64,000 bases of DNA. Origin: Cycas panzhihuaensis. Lineage: Eukaryota; Plantae; Cycadophyta. The position numbers were made by a program, and so were the translations under genes. This document shows positions 27,106 through 38,950 of the stretch, one piece after another. The DNA is taken from assembly GCA_023213395.1 (NCBI GenBank), contig CM041465.1:141677741-141741740 (forward strand), in the 5' to 3' direction. The notes beneath the pieces were generated by a model. That model saw nothing but the letters and a program-made list of their open reading frames with translations. It ran no database searches and was not told the origin of the DNA. Positions within the stretch are counted from its first letter, which is position 1; each line of letters begins with the position of its first letter.

Positions 27106-28245
27106 CATGGCATTAGGGTAAGTCTGAGCATGTTTGAATTCTCGCATACATAATGTTCTTTATATTGTACCTAAAGGTGGAATAAAAACAATTGGGAAAA
27201 AAGTTATGATAAGTATAGAAAATGTCATCATCATTGACCATGCAGTAAAAAAAAATAGAAAAACAAAGTGTTTTCCACCATATTTAAATGATGGGGCCCC
27301 AATGGCAGATAAAAATAATTTTCAAGTCCTTCGTCACTGTTTTTCGTCATTGCAGTGAATGCTACCCACATGCAAAGCAGAAGGTGTTTCTCTTTCTTTG
27401 GTTTCCATTCATTGAGTATGCCATGAAGTTTCAACTCATCTATTACTATGACTCCATAAAGAGAACTTCATCTGTCTATAGGGCAGTAGTTCTGTGTTGT
27501 AGTCTTATCATAACAATAAAGTACCTTTGGCTGGGACTTGTCTGAGTCATATTCCATATTACATTTGAGCATTATTGTTTTTCCTTATAGTCATATGCCA
27601 ATTCTGTTTTCAGCGTGCATGCATACGTAGGGAGGTGTGTTTCTGCCAAATTGAACCCTGCATGAAAACACAAATATGGGTGCAGCAGTGTTGGATCAGA
27701 CAGCCACAGCTGGATTATATACAAGATGAGTAATTCTAACTTACCAATGAATGTACTGATTTTGTGCTGATGCTATAGACGGAGTATGTTGGTTTATGTC
27801 ATGGAATGATTGTGTGTCATTCTTTGATTGTGCACGTGCTGTTTGAATGCTTCAGTCCGTTTCAATATTTCAGTAATTGAGTCTACACTTTGAAGGCATG
27901 TATGGCAAAGTGGTCACCGTGTTAAATTGCAATGGAGAAAACCAACCCACGACATGCCAATACTCACTTAAAGAGCCAAATTGTTGATCTACAAAACAGA
28001 TTGAGACATTTATATTGTTTTAGGGCTGCAAATAAGGAAAACAATACATTTATGGTTGATCGAAGATTGCACACAATCGGTTTGGGAGTGTATAGAACAT
28101 GTCCATGTGTGTGTGTGTGTATGTAAGCACTCAAATACACATGCCTTTGTGAGAGAGAAGTAGATTGCTACCCCTGAAGTTTGTGAAGGATAGTTGATTT
28201 GCAGCAGAGAGATCAAAAATCACACAAATTCCGAAAATAGCATAC

Positions 28246-28449
28246 CTGTGTCCAACACAATAAACTGGCAGCTCCAGAATATCATGTGATGTTAAATTAG
28301 CAGATGTCAACCTTGAAGACAAGAGAATATCCATGCAACTATTGAACTTATCATATACTTCTTTTGCTGCTTGTGCATGCTCAAAGTTTACATTGTAAGG
28401 CACTGCAACAATGAGAAATCCTTCCTTGGCTAAAAGATCCAAAAAAAGG
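28246..28449 (-). CDS. DUF1350 gene, second coding exon
   Basis: Acceptor ttccag at 28450. SLFLDLLAKEGFLIVAVPYNVNFEH...LPVYCVGH joins in frame with the previous exon (phase 2). Donor AG|GTATGC at 28245 splits the Ser codon of the expected GHS elbow. Confidence 0.9.
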
Positions 28450-28629
28450 CTGGAATAGAACATTCAGAACAGCACCGTCAGAGCATCAAGAGAATTCATA
28501 GGATCAAATTTATCACTGACTTCATAAAATGGATGAAGATCTTGGAAGCAAGGCTCTCCTAACAGATTTCTATAAACAAGCTGCTGCCATAGCAATAAGT
28601 TTTTCAGATCCAATTCTAATGGTCTTTAC

Positions 28630-29042
28630 CTGTAAGTTAGTTCAGGGATTGCTCCAATAAAGGCTCCTCCTAAGAATTTGATGATACCGCGGGGCTTTCT
28701 TTGATTTGGTGGTGGAATCACCAAACACTGTCCTATTCTATTGTAATTGCTACTTATAGGTATCCCTGCCCCAGCACTGTATGCAGCAAAGATAGTTTTC
28801 TTTGATGGAACAGTATTAGGTGCACTGATGTTTTGCAAAAGGGACCAATTATTCCAGGAGCAAATAAGGGAATTCAGTCGCCATGAAGACATCAGTAGCA
28901 TATTGTTAAAGTGGGGTCTAGAGGGAGAAAATTTTGTGATCAGTGACTGACAATCAAGAGGCTTGTGCTCATAAGCAGTAAAATTTTTCAGAGATAAACT
29001 GCACTGATCTGCAATTGAAGCATATGGTAAGGTCCGAGCCAT
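28630..29042 (-). CDS. DUF1350 family alpha/beta-hydrolase-like protein (At3g43540-like), first coding exon with a putative plastid transit peptide
   Basis: MARTLPY...CLVIPPPNQRKPRGIIKFLGGAFIGAIPELTY. Upstream acceptor (tgatgcag) ends at 29099, donor AG|GTAAAG at 28629. Confidence 0.88.
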
Positions 29043-31861
29043 ATTGGACACCCTTCTTGAAAAGCCTTACAAGCATTTGCCAATGGAAAATCCAAATGCT
29101 GCATCAGACAAATGAAGCAAGTGAGACATAATGTTCTCTCTGTTAAATTGTTTTAGATATTAAAACGTAAAAAACACAGAATGTTTGTAATTTGCATATA
29201 TACTTCCACATCTTTAAAAATAATTTCTACACCTCTAAAATTGCTCATGCAGGGGTTCTAGCTCAAAATAAGTATTCTTCCAATCCTTGATCCTATGACA
29301 AGTTGCTACCATTTATAAAATTGTACATGTATTCTACCAAACTGGTGTTACAACTCATGGAAAAAGCTGAAGTTCACTTGTTCACGGCTCTCTTTGAGTT
29401 CAGAGAATGGTGTCTTGTGCAGTGTCTTTCAACATCTTCATTTAATTATATTACAAGCGTTTTGGAGCTCACCTTCTTTGCTGTTGGGGTGCCACTTACT
29501 TTGGTCACAACCAGACTGTAACAGCCCTAGTCCAAGCAATGGGCTATGGACCCCACTAGAATAAAATAGGCTTTATAACCCCAATCTTTGAAGCACATGA
29601 GACATAAATGCAAGTTTATATAATAAAGGCCCATGTAAGGTTACTAGAGGTTTCAGAACGAAGTTGCCAACTTTTAAGACTTTGGGTGGAAAATTGGTAG
29701 TTTGTGAGATCTGCAATAGGAATTTTCAAAATCCATCTCTTCCATGAAGTGGTGTGGATTAAACTACCCAAATTCATATATTATACAGCTATATTTTTTA
29801 AAATAGGAGCAAAGTTATGTGCATTGACAGTTTACTAGAAAACATAAGAAAACTAGGGCTAAGAAAACATAAGGAACTAGGGCTGACTTAGGTCAGTTCT
29901 ACAACATTTAATGCACAATTCTTCCTATAGAAAAGTTATCATTAATGCACAAGAAAGCTAGCAATGACGAAGACCCTTCTTTAGGATAGTATTTTGAACA
30001 AAAAGAAGTTTGATCTTCAGGGCAGACTGCACGGAACAAGAAGAAGTCTCTTTTTTGACCATACGAAAGTTCTTGGGAGGCAATCATACAGATGTATGGT
30101 TAAGCATATGTATGGGCTGTTGAGAAGCATAGCGATGAGCTAAAAATGTCATTCATTGAGGTAAGTGAATGCTCTTTGAATTTTGGAAAATTTTGCACAT
30201 AAGTATGACTAGGATTTTGTGCTTAATTGTAGCTTGTGCAGTTAGGGTGTTGGTGGGTATTATTCCTCCTAACTTTCCGTTATGTTGTTTTTTGTTCATG
30301 GTTGTTTAGCTTAAAAGCTGAACATGACTCATAGCCATTTCTGCATTATGCAGAATTGTCTTATGGTTTATAGGTCTAAGCACAGTTGAAGCTCCACTAT
30401 GAGGACATTTGTTCATTGTAGTTTTTGCCTAAAAACTGAATTGATATTATGGCTGTTTTGTACTATTTATAAAGAGTTTTGTGTATAACTATTCTGTGTT
30501 CTATGGATATAAACACCTTTGAAAATTTTGTTGAAATGTCATTATTCTCCATTGTTTTAGCCTATTTTTGTAAGCTTACATCACAGTTGTTTTTGCACCA
30601 TTTATGGAAGAATTTGTATCCATGGCTTTTCTAAAACTTTAGAGTCATATTAATGAAAGTGTAGGTGGTTATTTTTCTGCACTTTACATTGAGATATGCA
30701 ACAGACCATGTGAAATGGCATATTGTTTTCTACTTTTATTTATTCTTGGAAATGCCTGTGGAATGAGGTCTAAATTTGTTAGTAGCCCCAAAGCCCAATT
30801 GGAACTTATAGGATGACAAGTGGCATTGAAAGACAAATTATTGCGAGAAACTGGTTTCACAAATTTCAGCCTCCATATTTTGAAAATCAACAACATTATT
30901 AATAATTAGAAAGTTATTAATTTGGTTTCCATAAGATGGTGAGTTCATGAAAAGGTATAAAGTGAAGTCACTTCATTATACAACCCACATTAAGGCATCC
31001 CTATATGCATTGCCACTAGCCGTAGCCTAGAACCGTGCCTTGCACGATTGCCCTTTGCAATGCTCACTTTTCTTGTGGCGGTGCGCTCACACACCAAATA
31101 TAGGAATGGTGTCCAAAACTCCTTTTTGGACATGGGATGTTGCACACAATAGTCCATTCGCCTTAGGTGCACTAGATTAATTTTCCAATGAAGAGTGTGT
31201 GCGCCTCGCTTCACATTTCCTAACATACAGAATTCATAGTGAAAGAGAGATACAGAATTGGTGAGAACAACAATAACTAACTTTATTCATGGCAGAAAGG
31301 GCATTGCGTCTGGTCCTCTCACAACCAGACGCATGCCTGAGCAATTACAACTAGAGGACAGCCCACCCAATGTGTGGGTTCCAGCCAGATCAACCAGACG
31401 CATACACACACGATTGATATCTCCCTCATGTCTATTCTACTTCTTTATATGTAGTTAACACATGGTTACATAACTGTTTTTTCAATTTTGTCCTATCTTA
31501 ACTAATCTGCTTGCTGCCCATCTCTGCCCGAGCCACCCATGGTCAACCTGAGTTCCACTCAGGTCCACTGGTTGCACTCCCCGCAATCCTTAGTTGCAGC
31601 CACGGTCCTCGCAGTTGCATTGCGATCTTCATCATTGCGACCACAGACCTTCATTGTTGTACGACGACCCTCACTATTGCAGCAACAAAGCTTACTGTAG
31701 CAGCCATAGTAGCAGTAGACCTTGTTGTAGCAGTCATAGTAGTAGCAGACCTTGCTATTACAGCTACACCTCAAAATGTCTGTTAGGCCGCACACATCTC
31801 CCCGGCCACCTCTTTTGAACGAGTAACATACTCGTTCACAAAAATTTAATTATCATTTTAC

Positions 31862-33492
31862 TTAATTTCTCCTTTGAGCTTCGATGATCTTTACCTTTTC
31901 CCTGCGTATGTACTCCATATCAGGTCTTGTTATTTGAGGAGGTAATCTCAGTCCGTTTCGTTTCAAATATTCACATAACATGGCAACATCCTGCATTGTA
32001 TCCAGCAGAGCTAATGTCGGCTTTTCCCCAGAGTGCAACTGCTCGATTTCTTGATTTAATTCGCTATTTACTCTCTCTGTCAGTTCCAATTGATCTCTAT
32101 AAGAATTACATTCCCTCCATAAGTTTTTACATCATTATGATTCTTCATCTGTCTTTATAATCCATGCTCCCAGCCGGTGATAAACTTGTTGCATGTCTGC
32201 TGGAATATACCTGTCAAACCTTATCTTGAACTCCTCCACTTGTGGCCCTACCTCATTTATGTCGTCCACCCAATCCATTATAAATTTTTTTAAGGAGTCC
32301 AATTTCTCCTCAGTAATTTGATGAATCCTTTTCAAGGATTCTTCTGGCGGCTTTGCTCTGCTTTCTAACTCCGTAACCAGCTGCCTGGTTACCTTTGCCA
32401 ACAATGTCGTCCTCCAATTAGTCACATCCTGGGCATCACATTCCATTGGATCCAGTCCTTCTTCCAGAATTTCCCTATCTACATTGAACTCAACCTCTGG
32501 TGGATGATTATTCAATTTCTCTATAATTTCTTTCTTTCTTCTTTCTTGTGCCAACCTTTTCATTTTCTGCTTTTGCACCTCATCCTCTACTATTGCTACT
32601 TTCTCCAATCTTTCTTCCCTTCCTTCCTCCTCCACCGGCTCTGTTTTGGGAACCTTCTCTACTTCTCCCTCTAAAGAACTGGCTCCTTTCTCCCATTCTA
32701 CTTTTTCCTTCCCTTTTCGGGTAATGTGTTCTTTGCCTCCACACCTGATTCATTCGATACAATTTTTTGTATCCACTCCTGGGCTTGGCCTTGCTCTTTT
32801 TCCCAGTCTTTCTCACTATCATCCGTCCAACAAGCTAACGGTGATTGCTCCCTGTTTCCCTTAAGCATACTAACTTCTGGACATTGAAACATGAGCAATC
32901 CCTGTAAAATAGTTACATAATAAAAAGAAGCAGTTTTGTTAGATTCCAAAACTGCTTGCAAACTTAATTTTATTCTTTCCTTCACAAATTTTGCCCAATT
33001 TAAGACTTTCCCGTGGGCCACTTGATTAACCATCGTTCTTAAGTTACTTGGCACGAATGTATTCTTTTGAGTAAGCACGATTTTAGTAAAAATAAAATGT
33101 GCTAAAAATTGCTTCTCAGGGGCTTGTATGCCTGCTATTCTAATGCCTAAAGTAGAGGCGTCTTTGTTTTCTGCCCCAATTATCCTTGCTGCTTCTTCTC
33201 GAGATATCAAAGTATCCCTCTTAATCTTTTCACCTTCTTTCGGAAGTCCAGTAACCGCCGCTATCATTTCTTCTGAAACTTGTACCATTTCCGAGTATTT
33301 GGCCAATAACGGAATTGTTACCTGCAAAAATTTATTTACATTGGGCAAAGTCCCCACCATTATAAACTTATGCAATCCTGCCTTAATGATCAACTTCCTT
33401 CGTTCATCTTCTTTCCTCATGGTTTGCCATTCTGCGCGAATCCTAAAATCATCATTTTCTCTAAGTAGCAGCGTTCTCGACATTTTTTCCAA
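31862..33492 (-). pseudogene. Element D extra 3' ORF: PMD-like domain followed by a coiled-coil region, frameshifted
   Basis: Sense ORFs of 264, 166 and 75 aa between integrase and PPT, with the motif VSEEMIAAVTGLPKEGE. Confidence 0.65.
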
Positions 33493-34273
33493 CCGTTCCC
33501 TAGACTTAGTCTGCCTTACAATTGTTTCCCTTGTCAGTTGTAATGCCGTGTCGTCTTACCGTTACAACTTTGAATCGTTCCGTCACTGCTGGTTGCTTGC
33601 CAATGCGACTTAAATTACTTCGTTGCTGCTAGTTACTTGCCACTACAACTCTGAATCCTTCCATTGTTGCTGGTTGCTTACCGCTGCAATTCCGACTTCT
33701 TCCGTCACTGCCAGTTGCTTACTGTTGCAATTTCGACTTCTACCGTCACTGTTGGTTGCAATTCCGTTACTTCCTTTTCATGCTGCTACAACACAGTGGT
33801 GCTGCAATTATACTCCTATTCCGCCCCGAATGCACCCACCTATCTTAGTGTTGTAACTGCGTTCTGGATTCTATGGGCTGTTGTCTTGTCCCCGCCACTG
33901 TTTTCCGATGTAAAGTTGTTTCATAACTCCTCATTTCTGTGCGCCATACTTACACTAGACTTCATCATATCTAGGTAGTTATTGTGGGTCGTTACATATC
34001 ACATCCGCACTTCCGTTGATTGTCTGCACTATGTCTTCTTTTACGTCTTTCTATGCCCACGTCCCTTAATCATTCATGATTAATATATGTGCGTCCTTCA
34101 TGATATTTATACCCACGTCGCACCTCCTTATGTGCATCCACGACCTTACTTTATGTTCACTTCATTCCATTTTCAACCAGTTAATGGAATGATGTGAACA
34201 TCTTTGAAGCTTGTAACACCTTTACTAAGGATAATTGCCCCTTAGTTAATGATGTTCCCACTTTTTTTTTTTA

Positions 34274-37200
34274 TTACATTCTATACAATTTTAATCTACT
34301 GCCATTGACTAATTTAGTCAATGGCTGGCCATCCAATTGCTGTAATTTCACTGCTCCATTATCATGAATACAGTTAATCCTATATGGACCTAACCATCTT
34401 ATTTTCATTTTGCCGGGTTTAAATTTAAACTTGCTATCATACAACAATACCAAATCATTTATCTTAAATTCAGGTTTTTTAAGGTGGCGGTCGTGCCATT
34501 CTTTCCACCTTTTCTTTTCCACTTTCAATTCCCACAACGCTCATGCCCTGGTCTCGTCCAGCTTCATTAATTGAATCAGTCGCTGATCGTAGGAAACTTC
34601 CAGCTCTGTCATGAGATGCTGAGCCACTCTGAAGCTCTCTACTTGATCTTGTGAAGAGGTCCTTATCATAGGAGAAGCTGCTTGCATTGGAGAACCCACA
34701 CATTGGGAACCATCACTTCTTGTCGACTGGCCATCCTTACCAGTCATGCCCCACCTTAACAAAACCCTAAACCTTCGGGGATCCATTTCCCCACAAATAG
34801 GAGAGCCAAAAGAGGTTACATTCCCTTGTGTTTGTGCTTGGGCTTGAAGTAATAGTTGTTGCTGCTGCTGAGCCGTCAAAAGTTGAAAGAGTTGAAATTG
34901 CTGGGAAGACTACAAGAAAGATTTTTGTCCTTGTTGCACCAAACTTGGACGAAGTTGATTGATACCAGTTAATGGCCAACCCTTAAGCGGTAAGGTATTA
35001 ACCCCTTGATTCATACCTTCTCCGCCTTTTTCCAGTTGCTGTTGATCTGGACACAATTCCATAAGATAACATTTTGAGGACTTATCCCTTGTTTCTTCCC
35101 AAGCGGATTGCAACCAATCCAACAAGTATGTTGATGATGTTTCACTTGAAATCTGTGGGGGAGTCTTTATAGCCTGGAATGCTGTCTCCGAACAACGACT
35201 TACTATGGTGGCCAAGGTTGTAGTAGTTGAGGACACCCCATCTTCATCCTGTACCTTTTTAATATGTGGTCCATCTGAGCAAAGAGGCAATACAACTTTC
35301 TTTCTTGCAGAATATAAAGTAAAGGTCAGCTTTCCCCAATCTTGCAAAGCCTCTGTTACCAATAGCCATGGTCGTCCTAAGAGTGCAGGATATGTTTTAT
35401 TGTGATCCTACATTCTTACAACTGCAAAATCTAGGCAAATCGTGATTCCCGCCACTGTCATTGGAATGTTCAGCAAAGATCCCATTGGTCGAACTTGCAA
35501 TTGGTTAGCTAACCGAATTGCATAATCTGGGGAAACCAATTCTAGCTGTCCTAGTGAAATCCATGTGGATTCAGGGAGCACATTTACTCCTGATCCACCA
35601 TTCACTACTGTTCTACAAATCATCGTTCCAAACAAAGTCATTGGAACTCTTGGATCAATTGCATCCATCTTCGTTGCTCGCAACACTGACTTTTCCATAT
35701 GATCTAAAAAATAACTGGCTTCCCACCATTTAAAGATAACGGTTATAGGGATAGATATACCTGATTCCATTAACAAGTCCCTTACATCTCGCAGTTTCTG
35801 CCAAGGATTTTTGTCCAATTGCTCTCCATGCACTGGTGGTCGCCTTTGGTATACTTGTCCTTTAAACCGATTTGCTTGTTCAAACTCATCTAACTGCACA
35901 GTTCTTGTAGCCTCTTATATAGCTTTGATGACTTCTTGCAGTCTTTCCTTTTCCACTGCTGGATCTGGGAAATTCTCACTACTTGTTGCATCTATGACCC
36001 TTCCACTTCTCGTTTGAATATACACTGGCTTTTCCTTGTCCGGAATTTTTGTAGCCAGATATGAAGTCTGCACTTTCAGGCCAAAATTCTTTGGGCAATT
36101 TGCCCACTCATGGTCTGTTGGGCCACATTCTTCGCAGATATAATCTTTCCCTTGCTTCTGCAGTGGACAATCTGTCTTGAAATGGCCCCATCTCGAACAC
36201 AAATAACAACGAACTAGCTTTGTCTTGCCTTTGTATTGTTTAAAGGAAGAATTTTCTTTCTTTTGATAGAAAGATTCTCTTACTGGATTCTTATGGTAAC
36301 ATTCCCACGTATAGTGGTTTCCTCTCTTGCAAACTCGCACCATCTTCTCTCCAATTGCTGATGTTCATTTTTAAAGTGGCCTGGTTGTCCACAAGGGGGA
36401 GGGCACCATATGTTTCCTCAAGATTTTCCCATTTTTAATCTGGCTATCTCCATCCTTAGTTTTTCAATTTCTTCATTCTGCTGATTCGTTTCAGCAGGCA
36501 TTACCAAGGGTTGTTGTTTTAACATCTCTACCTCTTTCTTTAAAACCTCAATTTCTGGGTTTGTGGTCCACAGGGATAAGGATGTTTGCCCAAAATTCTC
36601 GGTTCCATTCTGCAGGTATGCTGTCCTCATCTGATTTTCAAAATGTAATGCTAACTCTTTGACCTGCTCATAACTATTAAGAGGATGAAACATAATTTTC
36701 TCCTTCAAATGGGGCAACAACCCCTGTACAAAATACTTCAGAGACAGCATTGGATTCATTGGTATAAGAGGATCCATTTTATTCAGGATGATTTTAAGTC
36801 TGCCATCAAAATCGTTAACTGACTCACCTGGTACTTGTTTGATTTCCTCCAAAGCCTGAAATATTGACATTGGATCTCTTAACCACTGAAACCTGTCCAA
36901 GAATTGTGTCTGGACCACTTCCCGAGTGGGATTTGTCTTCGCTACGTACTGGTACCATGCAATTGCTGTCTTGCACAACGTGGAGAAGAATCTTGCCTTA
37001 ATTTCCTCTGGGTCTTTAATCTTCTTAATCTTCAGCATATTGGAGAATAGAGCTAGATGGTCTCCAGGATCTCCTGAGCCATTAAATTGCAAATGCCCAA
37101 ACATAGCATCGTTCTGGACTATTACATATGGAGGAACCGTTTGGTTTCCTCCTCCCATTCCATTGCCTTGTGACATGTTTCTCGGACCTGAGGATTCTGG

Positions 37201-38950
37201 TCCAATTATGTTAAGTTCTCCTTCACTCCTCCCTTGCCTTAGGACTGCACTTTCTGGGCTCTCTTCCACAAATGATGAGCCTGAAAATATCCCAATCATT
37301 CTATACAACGGATTTAACACATGGGAATGAGATTCTTTTATCTTCACAATGTAATAGTCCCACCTTGCTGTGGTGGTACTATATACCTCCAAATTGTTTG
37401 ACTTCCCTTTTTCTGTGGCAATTTGCTTTTCTTCAAGTCTCTGCAGATTTAGAACTTCTTCTTGATTTTTTGCAGGTTTCAACAGTTTGTTCCTCTGATT
37501 TTCTTCAGATTTCAGCAAATCTTCAAAATTTAGCAAATCTTTCTTATGCAGATCTTCAGAATTCAACAAGTCTTTCTTCAACAAATCTTTAGGATTCTTC
37601 TGATTTTCTTCAAATTTCAGCAAATCTTCAGAATTCAGCAAATCTTTCTTCTGCAGATCTTCAGAATTTAGCAAGTCTTTCCTCGAAAAATCTTCAGGAT
37701 TCTTCTGATTTTCTTCAAATTTCAGCAAATCTTCAGAATTCAGCGAATCTTTCTTCTGCAGATCTTCATAATTCAACAAGTCTTTTTTCGACAAATCTTC
37801 AGGATTCTTCTGATTTTCTTCAAATTTCAGCAAATCTTCAGAATGCAGCGAATCTTTCTTCTACAGATCTTCAGAATTCAGTAAGTCTTTCTTCAACAAA
37901 TCTTCAAGATTCTTCTGATTTCCTTCAAATTGAAGATTTCTTTATGATTTTCTTCAAGTTCCAGAAACAAGTCTTCAAGATGCAGCAAATCTCTTCTTTG
38001 ATTTTCTTCAGGTTTCAGCAACAAGTCTTCAGGGTATAGCAGATTTCTTTGATTTTCTTCAGATTTCAGCAATTCTTCCCAATTTCTTTCCTGATTCAAG
38101 TCTTTATTTTGCAAATCTTCAAGATGATTTTTTCCAGAAATCTGGAAATATCTGTCTTCTTTCAGCCTCAAGTCTTGCTGATTTTTCAGCCTTACATCCT
38201 GCAACCCTTCATCCTCGTTCAGGCTTAAATCTTGCTAGTTTTTCAACCCTGAATCTTGCTGGTTTTTCAGCCCTGAATCTTGTTGATTTTTCAGCAAATA
38301 GTCATCTCCTTTCAGGCTTAAATCTTGCTGGTTTTTCAGCCCTAAATCTTGTTGATTTTTTAGCAAATAGTCATCTCCTTTCAGGCTTAAACCTTGCTAT
38401 TTTTTAGCCCTGAATCTTGATGATTTTTCAGCAAATATTCATCTCCTTTCAGGCTTAAACCTTGCTGGTTTTTCAGCCTTGCTTCTTACTGATTTTTAAC
38501 TTCCTTCTCAGAAATCTGAGAATCATTTATTTGCTTCTGTGCAGAAATTTGATTTTCTTCAGAATTTTTCAACTGTCTCTCCTTTGTCTGGTTATCTCCA
38601 CAATTTTGGAGGTCTTTACCTTCTTCTTGTCTATCTTGAGACTCTTGCAGGTCTCCCTCTCTCGTCTGTCTTGGCTCTTCTTTTTCCTCAGAAATCTTTT
38701 TTTCAGTTTTATTTTCTTCTTCTAGCTGTCTCTTGTCCTCCTGGGCCTCCTTTTCTTTGCCACGTCCTGTGCGTGCAACTGGGGTCTAGCTTTCTTCCTG
38801 CCGCCCCTTCCCAACTCTTTTCTTCACCGGTTTTCTTTCTACTGGCTCCCTTGGTCTGCGTGTGCCTTCCTGGCTTTTCTCCGCGCCCCAGCGTCGACTT
38901 CTTTCTTCTCTTGACTCAACCTTTCTCAACGAGTCGGCCCTCGGTGGCAT
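34274..38950 (-). pseudogene. Element D polyprotein: repeat-rich N-terminus, capsid, zinc knuckles, aspartic protease, Q-rich linker, integrase C-terminus
   Basis: ATG (MPPRADS) at 38950. FNGSGDPGDHL...STLCKTAIAWY capsid, CYLCSRWGHFKTDC and CEECGPTDHEWANC knuckles, VVNGGSGVNVLP protease, KIRWLGPYRI GPY/F motif. Confidence 0.85.
37480..38480 (-). repeat. Coding tandem repeats in the element D gag N-terminus (105-bp and 69-bp periods)
   Basis: tgatttt/tgatttc anchors at 37601, 37706, 37811, 37916. gcaaata anchors at 38294, 38363, 38431. Confidence 0.9.

Noticed and set aside
31258-31818. Duplicated short ORFs, also at 39078-39659
   Set aside because: They lie inside the two LTRs of D, so duplication is expected, and no coding signature is visible.
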